From Podarcis liolepis (lineage: Eukaryota), in assembly GCA_965112155.1 (NCBI GenBank), contig OZ218100.1: DNA of 64,000 nucleotides. The stretch is one strand, 5' to 3'. The stretch's first letter is position 1. Each line of letters begins with the position of its first letter. The notes beneath the pieces were generated by a model. It was not told where the DNA came from. It worked only from the letters and a program-made list of their open reading frames with translations, and did no database searches. A program made the position numbers and the translations under genes. Shown here piece after piece: positions 23,756-36,477 of the stretch.

Positions 23756-24632
23756 GATTTTGGTTCAAATGGTGGGCAGCTGAAACTTCAGCTGCCAATG
23801 CAGAGGTTTGCTTGCTACTATCCAGTCATGGTTGTTTGCTGGTTTCGGAGGCCTCCTGGATTTAGGTTGGCCTCTGGAGCTGTTCCTCAAACAAAACTGG
23901 TATCTCAGGAGAAGAAGCTGAAATTTTCTGGATAAGTGGTTTTCTGTGCGGAGGGGATGTTTGTGCATGGAGGAGCCCTCAGCTGTGTAAAACTCCAACC
24001 TGCCAGCTGAAAGGGAAGAGTTCAGAGACAGGTTTACCCCTTGAGTGAGAGACCGTATCCTTACATTTCATCTAGCATCAGCTGGGAACGCATTTTAAAG
24101 TTTAACATCTTTCCAGCAAATCAGGACGGCAAAGGCATGTGGTTATTAAAAGAGATCGCCTGGAGTTTGTCAAAAATGAAACAGCAGAGGGATGGAACAA
24201 GCCTCTCTGTAGTTTTGAATGTCTGGTGTCACACTTCCCCAAAGCCAACTAGAACCAAAGGGCAAAATTATTCACTGGCTATGTACAATGGATTTAAAGC
24301 CAGATCAAACAACTGCATTGAAAGCAAACCATAAACCAAGGCTGAGTAAAGTCCCCATCTGCTTTTGAAATAAATTATGTTTAATGAAAGACAAAGGGGG
24401 TGGAGTATTTCTGATGCAACAAAACTGACTAGGTTCAAGTAGCCTCCATAAGGCAAAGCAAAGTAGTGTTTACATTGAACCAGATGAGAATCCTGGGAAC
24501 CACAGTTTGCTAAGCATGCTGGGAATTGTAGCTTTGTGAGGGGTAAAATACAGTCCCCCTGTTGTAAGGATTGCTGAGATAATGTAAGCAAAGCACCTGT
24601 AAATATTCAATTTTTATTTTGTTCTTTATCTA

Positions 24633-25341
24633 CCTGGCTTGAGAGCAGTACATGTGAAAAGGATCTAGGAGTCTTGGTTGACCACAAACTTGACATGAGC
24701 CAACAGTGTGACGCGGCAGCTAAAAAAGCCAATGCAATTCTGGGCTGCATCAATAGGAGTATAGCATCTAGATCAAGGGAAGTAATCGTGCCACTGTATT
24801 CTGCTCTGGTCAGACCACACCTGGAGTACTGTGTCCAGTTCTGGGCACCACAATTCAAGAAGGACACTGACAAACTGGAACGTGTCCAGAGGAGGGCAAC
24901 CAAAATGGTCAAAGGCCTGGAAACGATGCCTTATGAGGAACGGCTAAGGGAGCTGGGCATGTTTAGCCTGGAGAAGAGGAGGTTAAGGGGTGATATGATA
25001 GCCATGTTCAAATATATCAAAGGATGTCACATAGAGGAGGGAGAAAGGTTGTTTTCTGCTGCTCCAGAGAAGCGGACACGGAGCAATGGATCCAAACTAC
25101 AAGAAAGAAGATTCCACCTAAACATTAGGAAGAACTTCCTGACAGTAAGAGCTGTTCGACAGTGGAATTTGCTGCCAAGGAGTGTGGTGGAGTCTCCTAC
25201 TTTGGAGGTCTTTAAGCAGAGGCTTGACAACCATATGTCAGGAGTGCTCTGATGGTGTTTCCTGCTTGGCAGGGGGTTGGACTCGATGGCCCTTGTGGTC
25301 TCTTCCAACTCTATGATTCTATGATTCTATGATTCTATGAT
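24633..25341 (+). mobile_element. CR1 LINE, 5'-truncated and probably young (intact ORF2 C-terminus, 192 aa)
   Basis: [19 protein letters not shown]...LFS-type [11 protein letters not shown] motifs; (ATTCTATG)n tail. Confidence 0.95.
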
Positions 25342-26559
25342 TTATTTGCAATAGTTATATACTGAAGTCTAAGAAAAAAAATAGTAGATTATATTAAGAA
25401 ACCTGTTAAAGAGGATGAAACTTGATATGAGGGAGTTTTAAAATGCAATCATATGTAATTACATTTATAAACCTCGAGCGTGGGTGAGCGGGAAGTCATT
25501 AATATTGTAGAATAGGATTATAATTATTGATTGTTAAATTGTAATTTAGAATCTTGAAACCACTCTCATCAGGATCGCTTCTTTGGACTTCTGAAGGGGC
25601 TTATATAAATTTAATTTTAGATGGAAGAACTGATAATTATTGCATTGCATCATGTATTCTCAATAACCTCTGAACCCCAAAGCTGGGAGCCTTCCTGTTC
25701 CATAAACTCAAAAAGCAGTGTAATGTAAGGTGCTCTTTCACAAACACGAAATATTGACCTACTTACTGTATAAGATTTATATTCTTTTCAGAATTACAGA
25801 ACTAACCAAACCTCTGTGTGGGAGATATGCAGGAGGAGTAAAAAGAAATGCTTCACTCGTGGCTATCTTGCACTAAGCAGGGAGACCGTCTAGATGACAT
25901 TCTAGGTCCCTGACAACTCAATTATTCTTTGTGAATAGTATTGGTTGCCCATGGAGTCAGTTAAGGGCTGTTAATGACACACCCTTAGCAGTAGTAATTT
26001 CCCAGCATTAAAAAAAATAAAAATTCCCAGCATTTTTGAACTTGAGTGAACATGGAAATCTTTCAGCACAACATATAACAAAAGGGGTTTTGTTAATGGA
26101 ATGTGTGTGTGTTGTGTGTGTGTGGACTTGAATATACATTTTGAATTAACAAAAACACTCTCCTTTACATATTGTATTTTTAACAGACCTTTTTTTGAGT
26201 AATCAAAACAATTTACAACACAGCAAAACGAAGAGCCAAGTGACAAATGGCCATTGTAAATCTGTACCGCATGCTTAGATATTTACATGTTGTATTAAGA
26301 GATTTCCATGTTCACTCAAGCTCAAAAATGCTGAGAAATCACTACGGTCAAAGGTGTGTTTCTGGGCCGCAACAATAAATGCTATTCTGAGTCTGATTCG
26401 ATTGAATTGACACAGAAATGGTTATATAAATAAACCTGACAAAGAGTTGGAATATATGGTTTAAGAAAATGTCTGTTGGCAAGGAAAGAAAACCATTGCA
26501 GCTGCTTATTGAAGCCAACAGGAAGAAATAGACGGCAGAAGACAAATGTTTGTTTGTTT

Positions 26560-27100
26560 GTTTGCAGCCTGATAACTATTTCATAAATATTTCTGGTAGT
26601 GTGAATCCTTTTGGAAGGATGTTGGCGTTTGTATGTTCTGCAGGATGCATCAGGTTTCTCAGCACGAGAGCAGAGAACGTGTCCCTGCACAGCTGAAGTG
26701 GCTACTCAATTAGTTTTAGAGCTCAGCCAGCTGTGAAGAAAAATCGCATTGGGAAATATATGACAGTTTGAAATAAAGCAAATTAACTTTGCCATAAGGC
26801 TGAAGGACATGGAGGACTGTGGCCTCTTCACATTATCAAAGTACCTGAACTAATCAGGAGATAAAGCAAAGCGCAGCAGGCATTAGGAGCTACATTAAGC
26901 AGCCATTTTGGAACCGGGCCCTGATAACAGCTGACATTTTCTGCCCAGTTACAATCGACGAGGGATCAATTTCCTTGGGAACACGGAATGACCTGTAACA
27001 TCCTCTTTGCATCTTTAACTCTCTTATCTTCAGATGCACAGTTATTGGCGCAAGCTTTTAACTTTTTTTCCTACCAGATTGACTTCCTTTATCAGCTTTT
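26560..27100. promoter_or_regulatory. Candidate GATA/E-box enhancer or promoter upstream of GCM1
   Basis: WGATAA at 26570, 26833(rc), 26859, 26922, 27024(rc), 27089(rc); CAGCTG at about 26689, 26728 and 26928; no recognisable TE. Confidence 0.35.
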
Positions 27101-27810
27101 AGAAAGTTCCTTGCTCATGAATTAATCACACTGATGGAATACCATCACTGCAATGGATCCCTGTTGCCCAACTGAAGCTACTCCTGCTGGCATGCTGATT
27201 GCAATAGCTTGTGTTCTTTGTGTTTATATTGATTTAAAAACAACACCATGGTGTATTTGGGCTATGAATACAGAGGCATACAGGTTTTAAATGTTCTGTT
27301 ACGAATTTTCATCCACGAATCCTCCATCTTGAACAGCCTGGCTTTCAGGCTATTGCCCCTGACTACATTTCTGCCCCTGTTATGACCCCTTTTTTAGACA
27401 CTGAGGAGAGTGATCTTCTTTGGGAGAAATCCAAACCTGATATCCACTGGGATGGGCAGAGTTCAGAATAGGTGGCATGCTGGTGAAGACCTTCATCCTG
27501 GCTTAGCTGGAGATATGCTGATCAACATTCTCTATACCAGCTCAGCCAAAGGCAGCTGACCCAAGGCTGGGGTTAGTCTGAGAAGAGAGGTGTGGTGGTG
27601 GAAGGATGAAAGGGAGACATTCAAGTATTTGAAACTCCTTTCAACTCAGTTATGTGACCTACCAAGTCAGCACGAGCAAAAAGGGTGTGTGTGTAAGTCG
27701 AGCACTATTTTAAAGACCTGTATTCACTCCTTGAGACTGGCCCAGATCTGCTACCAGTAGCCCTACTCCTGAACCAGGCCCCGCAACTGATTTAGTACTT
27801 TTGTATAAAA

Positions 27811-28686
27811 TTGTGCACTGCGGGGAGAAAGTGGATAAGAGAGAACTTTTTCTCCCTCTCCCATAGTGAACACTCACACGTTACACTGTGGGTGCACTTT
27901 GCGGGATCACGCACAGTGCTTCGGACCCCGGGGAACTTTCCAGTTTGTATGGGCTGGCCTGCCTCTCCGTGTTATTCTGTGGAGGCTCACGCCCAGCCTC
28001 AATAGTCAAGTTACACTGCTGGGAGGTGGGGCCAGTCATATAAATAGGGGGTGGAGTCGGCAGCAGCCAGGCAGTCGGCTCAGGAGCTTCAGCCACCCAT
28101 CCCTCCCTTTGTTTAATGTTTCTTGTTTACAGGTTAACCTTTTTCTTCCTGTTTAGCGGGCACTGCTACGGTCTTTTGACTGGTTGCTGTTGAAGAGCCG
28201 GGAAGAAATTTTCCTGCATTGACAAGCTTAGTCTTCCCCGTAGCAATTTGTCACAACTTTGGCGGTTTAAGGCCTTGGGCTTGGGCTTCCCTAAAATGGG
28301 GGGGGCATGAAGTGTTGACACCACCACCCCCTGCCTGTGGCTGCGATTCCAGGGTCCCCTCTTAAAGGGGTTGTAATATGAGTGTCACTGGCCATACACT
28401 GAAAGGTTGTCAGTGAACTACCCTGCGTGCGGGGATATGGGGTGGGCTGCCTGCGTACACATGCGTCTTGTAGAGCACCCCCATATCCCATTTACCTTTA
28501 GGAGCCCCACTTCCCCCGGGTGGGGGGCTGGGAGGGATACATGGCCAATGCCTAAGCCAAGGTCTTCTACATTTGATAGTTTAATAAAGTTGTGGCCAAA
28601 TTTTAATCCATAACAGATGGCCATGTGTCATTATTACTTACTGGTGATTCCTGGGGGCTGAGGTGGTTGCTGCCTGGTCACGCAAT
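27811..28686 (+). mobile_element. Putative solo LTR-like element (boundaries uncertain)
   Basis: GC/CpG-richer block with TATAAATA at about 28039, AATAAA at about 28583 and TTGTG...CGCAA imperfect inverted ends; no clean TSD. Confidence 0.45.
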
Positions 28687-30144
28687 ATAATATCCCTTTA
28701 TCTTTGCCACAAAGTGTGAGGAACTTGTTGTTTTCATCACACTTTCCTCCGAAGGACCTCAAGGGAACACTGCTCTATGTACTGACCAGAGACAGATCTG
28801 TTTAGCAGTAGAAAATGAAGCTGTGTCAGGTGAGTTCAGATGAGTCACTGGAGCAGGACAGATGATCACCTCCTTTCCATTTTAGGCACATTGGGTTAAT
28901 GCAAAGTGTCAGAGCTGCTGCCTTTGAAGGATGCTGTCTCTGTGCAGAAATAGGTGCCCTTCAGACCTGTCCTTTCAAATATTTGCATGAAGCTTAGACT
29001 GGTACCCTATTTGGAAAGTTACATTGGTCCTCTATAAGAAGCAGCTCAACTCCAAGGGCATTAGCATAATGTTAAAGCACTAACAATCTATCAAATACAA
29101 TGAGCTACATTCCCATTAATTTAAAACAAGACTTAATTCTCTACTAAGATCTTAAATTCAACCACACAATGGACAGAGGACCAGAATCCAGCTAATAGGT
29201 AAGCATAGAGTAAGTTGGTTAGCAGAGTGTGGAACTCAGAGCTTAAGAGTGTGGTAGATTGGGAAGATCTTTTCAGCTATGAATCTTGCTTACTGACCCT
29301 GGGGCAGCTGATTTATATCAGTCTTGCCCACCTTACAGACTTTTTTTGAAGGGCAAGACTGGAAAATTCCACATTTGAAATATAATATTCTGGGCTTCTT
29401 GGAGGAAGGACAAGTTATGAGTACAATAATTATAATTACAGTTTAAAAAATAGATGATGTGGTATGTCCACTATCAGTTTCTAAAGTGGGGAGAGGATTG
29501 TAGAGAACCAGTGGAATGGGAACAACCCCTCACTTCTCCCTATGCTTGTTATGGCCTATGATGTTTGGCATATCAACCATGGAAGTGTGGGAACTGTGGT
29601 CTGAAGGAACATGAGACATGCTGAAGTAAAGCAAGTCTGTGTCTGCTCAATGACTGAATGGGAACCTAATTTATGCTGCCTCACATTTAATGGATGACAG
29701 ACAGAATGCATCAGTCAACAATAGGAATAGCCCGGTTGCCATGGACAATTCATTGCAGGAAAAAGGAGGCAAACTTCTGCCTTTAATTTCCCTGACAGTT
29801 CATTGTGCAGGGTCCAGTTTGTAAAATTCGTTATCAAAATGTGAACAGCCTATAATCTAGTGGCAACTTGAATTACTCCCCTCTCCCTCAGTTTTCCCTA
29901 AGAGTTGCTACTGTATGCAAAGAGGTCTGACGAGGTAGCAAGGAAATGTGTTCTTCATTGTCTTGTCAGAGGACATTATATTCTAGCTGTCAGCACCACG
30001 GAGAACTCCTACAAGGGCATATCAAAATTGTTACCTTGCAAATAATTGATGACAGCTCTGTTTGCAGAAAATCCTTTCCCTCTCCTCTGCCAGACAAATT
30101 TTAGAAATTCTGGGAATGAGCTTCCTAAGATTCACAGTGGTGTT

Positions 30145-30392
30145 GAAGAAGAAGAAGAGTTTGTATTTGATATCCCGCTTTATCACTACCCGAAGGAGTC
30201 TCAAAGCGGCTAACAATCTCCTTTCGCTTCCTCCCCCACAACAAACACTCTTGTGAGGTGAGCGGGGCTGAGAGACTTCAGAGAAGTGTGACTGGCTCAA
30301 GGTCACCCAGCAGCTGCATGTGGAGGAGCGGAGATGCGAACCCGGTTCCCCAGATTACGAGTCCACCGCTCTTAACCACTACACCACACTGG
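30145..30392 (-). mobile_element. Squam3-like SINE
   Basis: Same family as 7915-8164. Confidence 0.8.
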
Positions 30393-31236
30393 TGGTGGGG
30401 GCAGACTTCCTCCTTAGTTCTGATACCATTCCTCCATTTGTAGTTTTATATATTGTTCTATACATCTTGCTGGCCGTGTTGGGTTCATGCCCCCCAGTCC
30501 ACAAATAGGCCTTCTGTGTACAGTACAGAATGACTGTATTCATGATATAGAACAGCTGACCAGCAGAGGCTTCAGCAAAAGATGAGCCAAGCACAGACTA
30601 GGTGACGATGTCTTATTGCACTGACTTGTCAGAGAATGTCTTGCAAGGTTCATTATCAGAGCAACAAAGAGAACAGGATATGTGTCTGAATAAGCAACCA
30701 AGTCTGGAGATAAAACCAAAATTTGCTCCCTGCTCTCAGACCCTGATAAAGAACATCCAGTTGTTTGAAAATGGATCCAGGGATATTCAGGGCTGTCCCC
30801 CGCTCCACCCCAAAACACCACTGCCTTTTTGGAGTATTAGAAGGGAGCCTACTGACTTAAAAAGTTCAACACAAAATTCAATGTATGCAATGGAAGCTAA
30901 CTCTCATATGTTGGGATTTTTATTTATATTTCTGAACAATTGAGTTTCAGTCAGTAGATGACGGTCAAACTAGGTGTCACATTATTCACATATTTATAAC
31001 CGGTGTTAATTGCAGACCCAGCTCCCACTTCTCCTACCACCTGTGTCAGGAAGGCAATGGAAGATGCATTCTTCATGCAAATAGCAGGTGTGGGATGGAC
31101 AAGTTCAGGACCAGAGCAGAGGGCAAAGAGTCTGATGGCCCGCCACAGTCCCTATCCCTGTCAGGATCTGGGTCTGGTCCTCCCACCTGCAATTTCACTC
31201 TAACAACAATGGCTGATAGTCAACTAAATTGGAGTA

Positions 31237-31413
31237 CAGTGATACCTTGGTAATCTGTTCTGAAAGTCTGTTCCAAAACCAAAGCGTTCCAAAACCAAGG
31301 CGTGCTTTCCTATAGAAAGTAATTCAAAATGGATTAATACATTCCAGACTTTAAAAAAACTCCTAAAACAGCAATTGAAGATGAATTTTGCTATCTAACG
31401 AGACCATTGATCC
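31237..31413. mobile_element. Truncated copy of the element at 31562-32114
   Basis: Diverged direct repeat of its first 180 bp or so, starting TA-CAGTGATACCTTGG. Confidence 0.75.
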
Positions 31414-31561
31414 AGGGATGGCCTGAGATGATGACAACCCTAGTCCAACAACATCTGCAGAGCACCAGGTTGGAGAAGGGAGGCAGACTTATGCAAGGAG
31501 AAAACCACTGAAATCAGAAGGTTAGGTCTTCACAAAACTGGGATCGCATGTGTATGTTTTA

Positions 31562-32114
31562 CAGTGGTACCTTGGTTCTCAAACTTAATCCATTCCAGAA
31601 GTCTGTTCCAAAACCAGTGTTCCAAAACCAAGGCGCACTTTCCCATACAGAGTAATTCAAAATGGATTAATCCATTCCAGACTTTAAAAAACCCCTAAAA
31701 CAGCAAATGAACATGAATTTTACTATCTAACGAGACCATTGATCCATAAAATGAAAGCAATAAACAATGCACTGCAGTCATCAGTAGCTGAACTGGGTTC
31801 CACACAGTTACAAAAAAACAAAACAAAAAAGGGCTGCAAAAACAAAAACGCCAAATAAATACCAAAAACAGACAGACCTCAGTGTAACACTCAAAACAGA
31901 AGTGTAGCACTCAAATCGTCAGCGTAACACTCAAATCCGAAGCGTAATACTCAAAACGGAAGCGTGGCACTCAAAACAGAAGCATAACGCTCAAAACGGA
32001 GCACGTTAGGCTTCTGAAAAAAGTTCGCAAGCTGGAACACTTACTTCCGGGTTTGCAGTGTTTGGGTTCCAAGTTGTTTGAGTACCAAGGCATTTGAGAA
32101 CCAAGGAACCATTG
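31562..32114. mobile_element. Tc1/mariner non-autonomous element with internal 6x20-bp minisatellite
   Basis: TIR CAGTGGTACCTTGGTTCTCAAA / TTTGAGAACCAAGGAACCATTG, TA TSD. Confidence 0.85.
31881..32000. repeat. 6 x 20-bp minisatellite, consensus about AGCGTAACACTCAAAACGGA
   Basis: Six consecutive 20-nt units in register. Confidence 0.9.
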
Positions 32115-32578
32115 TAATCCTATTGTAATGAATGAGCCTGACCAAGTTAGGGCCATTATTTTTAGTAGCTCTAGAATCATAGAGTTGGAAGGGACTCTGC
32201 AAAGCAGGAATACTTGGTTGAACGCCACTCTATAAATTCAATGGCTAATTGTGCAGACGAATGGTGTAGCACCCAATTTGCTCCTGATTTTAGGTACTAG
32301 TGTAAGTGGGTGAAGGCAGGTTAGGGTTTACATAACGAAATAATGATCAATATTACAAAGAAGAATCTTTATATTCTGATTTGGGGCAGAAAGAGGAGCA
32401 ATGCGGATATAACTTCCATAATATTATAAAATCCTGCAACCACTGGGTGTCAAACTGAGAGAACTGCCTGCTACTCCACACTTGGCTGGGCTTTTGATAC
32501 CCATCCCCAAAGCATTTTGAACTGTGTTTAAACTTCAGGAGGATTTCCAGCTCCCACACCCTCAGAAGAGTTTCAGTA

Positions 32579-33478
32579 CAGTGGAACCTCAACTTATGTA
32601 TGGCTCTTCTTACGTACGATTCCAGTTACAACCTTCAGTAGGTGCTTCAACTTATGAACTTTCCTCTAGATATGAACAGAGGCCTTGCTAGCAGCCTGGA
32701 GCTTGCCCGGCCAGCTGCGGAGCAGCACTAAGGCCTCTGCTGCTGAGAAGAGGGCCCCCACCCTACCCCCGAAGCTGTGGAAGAGGTGCTGCATACAAGA
32801 GGCACAGCAGGGCGCACTGCAGCCCCAAAGCCCACCGAGGAACTAACCTGAGGAAGTCCAGAGAAGAACTTGGCCTGGCAAGAAAAAAAGGGACCCTGGC
32901 CTTTACTGACCCTTGCCCCACCCCCAGCTTGAAGCCAGGTAAGCCCACCCACCCTCAGCACACATAAGGAAAAAAATAAATGTTTTCATCTACAACACTG
33001 TCTTATTTATTTTATAGTACAGTACATTGATTATTACCTTCATTTTATGGATCTATGGTCTCGTTAGTAAAATCCATGTTAAATTGCTGTTTTAGGGGGT
33101 GTTTTTCATCTTCTAGAATGGATCAATTCACTTTTCCATTACAGTGGTACCTCAGGTTACATACGCTTCAGGTTATATATGCTTCAGGTTACAGACTCTG
33201 CTAACCCAGAAATAGTACCTCAGGTTAAGAACTTTGCTTCAGGATGAGAACAGAAATCGTGCAGCAGCGGCGCAGCGGCAGTGGGAGGCCCCATTAGCTA
33301 AAGTGGTGCTTCAGGTTAAGAACAGTTTCAGGTTAAGAACAGACCTCCGGAACAAATTAAGTTCTTAACCAGAGGTACCACTGTACTTTCTATGGAAAAG
33401 TGCGCCTCTACTTATGTACGTTTCTAGTTATGACCGGACCTCCGGAACGGATTATGGTTGTAAGTAGAGGTTCCACTG
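32579..33478. mobile_element. Tc1/mariner non-autonomous element hosting a nested MITE
   Basis: TIR CAGTGGAACCTC...GAGGTTCCACTG, TA TSD; right part homologous to 15410-15580. Confidence 0.85.
33142..33383 (+). mobile_element. Tc1/mariner MITE, about 230-bp family, nested (orientation A)
   Basis: TIRs plus TA TSD; removing it restores CCATTACTTTCTATGG, as seen in the relative at about 15558. Confidence 0.9.
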
Positions 33479-35110
33479 TAGTAGGTTGTGATAGATGTGG
33501 AGGAGGAGGGAAGAAGAGAGGAATGTTGATGTCGAGATACCAGGAGGAACAGACGTCCCATTGAGTGTATGCGATCCTTGGCCAAGCCTCAAGTAGTTGA
33601 CTGGATTGTGGCCTGGGACTCCTACGTTAAACTTCCATGTTCACAAGACCAGCCCACATCTCTTAAGAAGAATATAGAACAGGAGTGTGCAGCATACAAT
33701 AAGACACCGTTCTTTCAGACAATTAGCAGACCTCTGTGAGAGTTAAGTGATGAAAGCTAATGAAGCAAGGAGGAAAAAGCAAAAATTATATAGATATACA
33801 ACCTGGTACCACAGTGGCTACAAGGGTTGATGACTCAGGGGGCTGTTGGAATCTGATTTTTTGTATGTTTATATTATCATTATTTTTAAGAAAGGAGAAG
33901 TTTGAATAGACCTGCGGTGGGGGAAATTGAGGGTCTCTTTGTGTTATGAGAAAAGGAATTTTATATACCAGGCAGCAAAGAAAAATGCTGGATCAAAAAA
34001 GTAACAAAACCTCCACTGAATGTTGCAGAATGTTAAGTGTACCTCAGAGTGATCTGAATTGTGTACCTCTGATAATTTTGAGAAGTTGATCTTTTTTTTT
34101 TATGCAGACATAATTTTTTATTGAACGCCATGAAGCCATACTGCAAATATTAATCACAACACAGCACATTATGCCTAGTTTGTCTCAGTTCAAACTACCA
34201 TGGCTTCTTCTCCTGAAGAAGTCTGAGAATTATGGTTTGGGGATGGTGTGGCGAATTCTCTACTTCCCAAAACCCCCTTAAACTTCCCCATTTCCCAGAA
34301 AGATGGTAAATGTTATGCACAGCAATACTTTACTTTTTATTTTAAAGTCTCCTTGGGATAGGGGTGTGTGTGTTGTGGGGGAAAGATACACAAAAGTAGG
34401 GCCGCTGAAATGTCCAAACTCCGAACTTCCTTAAAATAGAACTTGCAAAAAAAGCTCAACCACATTTTTTGAAATACGGACTTAAACTCTTATTGCTCCA
34501 TCTGCAACAGGATGTAATAAGGAGAAATCAAACTGATTTTGCTCGGTTTTGCACATCAAAAATTTTAAAATGGGTGCAGCTGAAACTCTATCATGTGCTA
34601 AATTATTCCCTTGAATTAGAATTTGTAGATAAATACCTAACAGTGCCTGCTACTGTGTAAGGGGGTGGGGGGTGGGGAATGTGATTTATATTCTAGGTCT
34701 CCTGTAAAAGATGCAAGCCATGGTCTAGTTTGCTGCGCAAAAGTAGCCCAAGTGAAGCTTTGGACTCATGCAATTCATGTAATGAGTTAGTGTAACAGAA
34801 TCAACAAATTAGAAGGCAGAGACAAATATAAAATGGGACACCTACTGGTATGAACGAGAAAGACCCAAGTTCCTCCTCATCTATACGTGCAGGTGTGGAC
34901 TACTTTGGTATAATTCGAAAGTGGGGGTGGAGGATGGGGTCAACAGCTAAATAATGATAAAATGTGGACAATCCCTTAGTGTTACGTATAAACTAGGAAT
35001 ATCCTGGTTTATAAAAAGCAGTGGCTGGTTTCTAAACAAGGCAACTTCAAACCCAAACATTATGAAGCTGGCTTGTTTAACTAACCATTGTTTTGTACAT
35101 AATACTTAGT

Positions 35111-35501
35111 GGGACGCGGGTGGCGCTGTGGTCTAAACCACTGAGCCTCTTGGGCTTGCTGGTCAGAAGGTCGGCAGTTCGAATCCCTGTGACAGGGTGA
35201 GCTCCTGTTGTTCGGTCCCAGCTCCTGCTAGCCTAGCAGTTTGAAAGCACAACAGTGCGAGTAGATAAATAGGTACCCCTGTGGCAGGAAGGTAAACGGT
35301 GTTTCCGTGCACTCTGGCTTCTGTCACGGTGTCCCGTCGCACCAGCAGCTGTTTAGTCATGCTGGCCCCATGACCTGGAAAGCTGTCTGGGGACAAACGC
35401 CGGCTCCCTCGGACTGAAAGTGAGATGAGCGCAGCAACCCCATAGTCACCTTTGACTGGACTTAACTGTCCAGGGGTCCTTTACCTTTTTTTTTTTTACC
35501 T
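35111..35501 (+). mobile_element. Sauria SINE, full length
   Basis: GGGACGCGGGTGGCGCTGTGG head, CCTTTACCTTT tail, TSD core TAATACTTA. Confidence 0.9.
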
Positions 35502-35815
35502 TAATACTTATGCAAAACTAAACTTAGGTAAATTACTTATCCAAGCCATGTGGCAGAAGGGACTACATGAGCCCAGTGTTTATAGGCTCATGCAGGCTCA
35601 CCTATGTAACACTAAGCCATGGTTTAGTGGTCAGTTGATGGCTTCATTTGCACATAACAGAACTGTTAATAATGAAAATTTCACTTCCACGGCAAAGCTT
35701 CTCAAATCCACTAAGATGCCACTGTATTGAAACGCAGGCACAGGTACTCAATAACAATTTAATGATTAAAAACACAAAATGTTGACAATGTCGATATTTC
35801 AGACAAGCTAGTTTT

Positions 35816-35821
35816 TTTATT
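35816..35821 (-). terminator. Candidate ELOVL5 polyadenylation signal AATAAA (implies a 3'UTR of about 2.4 kb)
   Basis: Minus-strand AATAAA followed about 35 nt later by a GT/T-rich tract (TTTTGTGTTTTT); a second candidate AATAAA at 34117-34122. Confidence 0.55.
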
Positions 35822-36434
35822 TTTAGCACACATGTTTAGACAGCATATTCTGAATGATGAAGCTGCTGTATGAAATATGTAAAGACTTTGCAAATCAGTA
35901 CCTAGAAACCAAGGACACATACACACAAGCTTTGAGAACATAAAGCAGACAAACATAAACTGGTTCTGCCTCTCGTTTCAAAAACAAGCAAAAAATAAAA
36001 AATAAAAATAATATGCGAGCCCATTAGGGAACACATTAATCTCCCCAATATCAGCTGTGCAAAAACATGGTAAAACAGATATTTGTATAAATATCAAATT
36101 ATAATTAATATATAAACTTGGGGGATGGAAGCAATAGGATGGCTTGAGACAAATGAATTTCAATGACCAACAAGTTAGTAGGCTAAAACTCCACCAAATT
36201 ACATAGTATATCCATTAAAGGTGCCTGTTTTATGACATTGCAAGTGTGTGTGGGGTGGGGGAGGTTTCCAACACACTTTATACAAGTTTCTTAATAAACC
36301 TTTAACAGGCCGAGGAAGTACAGGTGAAATACACAACACACACTAAGAAACAGACATTCATCACCAACCTATTTCCAAGGGTTTTTCGCATGACAACAAT
36401 AAAAGTCTGGCATGGCCCAATTTGCACACTTTCC

Positions 36435-36435
<1 letters not shown>

Positions 36436-36475
<40 letters not shown>
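36436..36475. repeat. (CA)n microsatellite in the presumptive ELOVL5 3'UTR
   Basis: Direct reading. Confidence 0.95.

Positions 36476-36477
<2 letters not shown>

Noticed and set aside
24674-25252. 192-aa ORF as a host gene
   Set aside because: It is the C-terminus of CR1 ORF2, followed by the CR1 tail.
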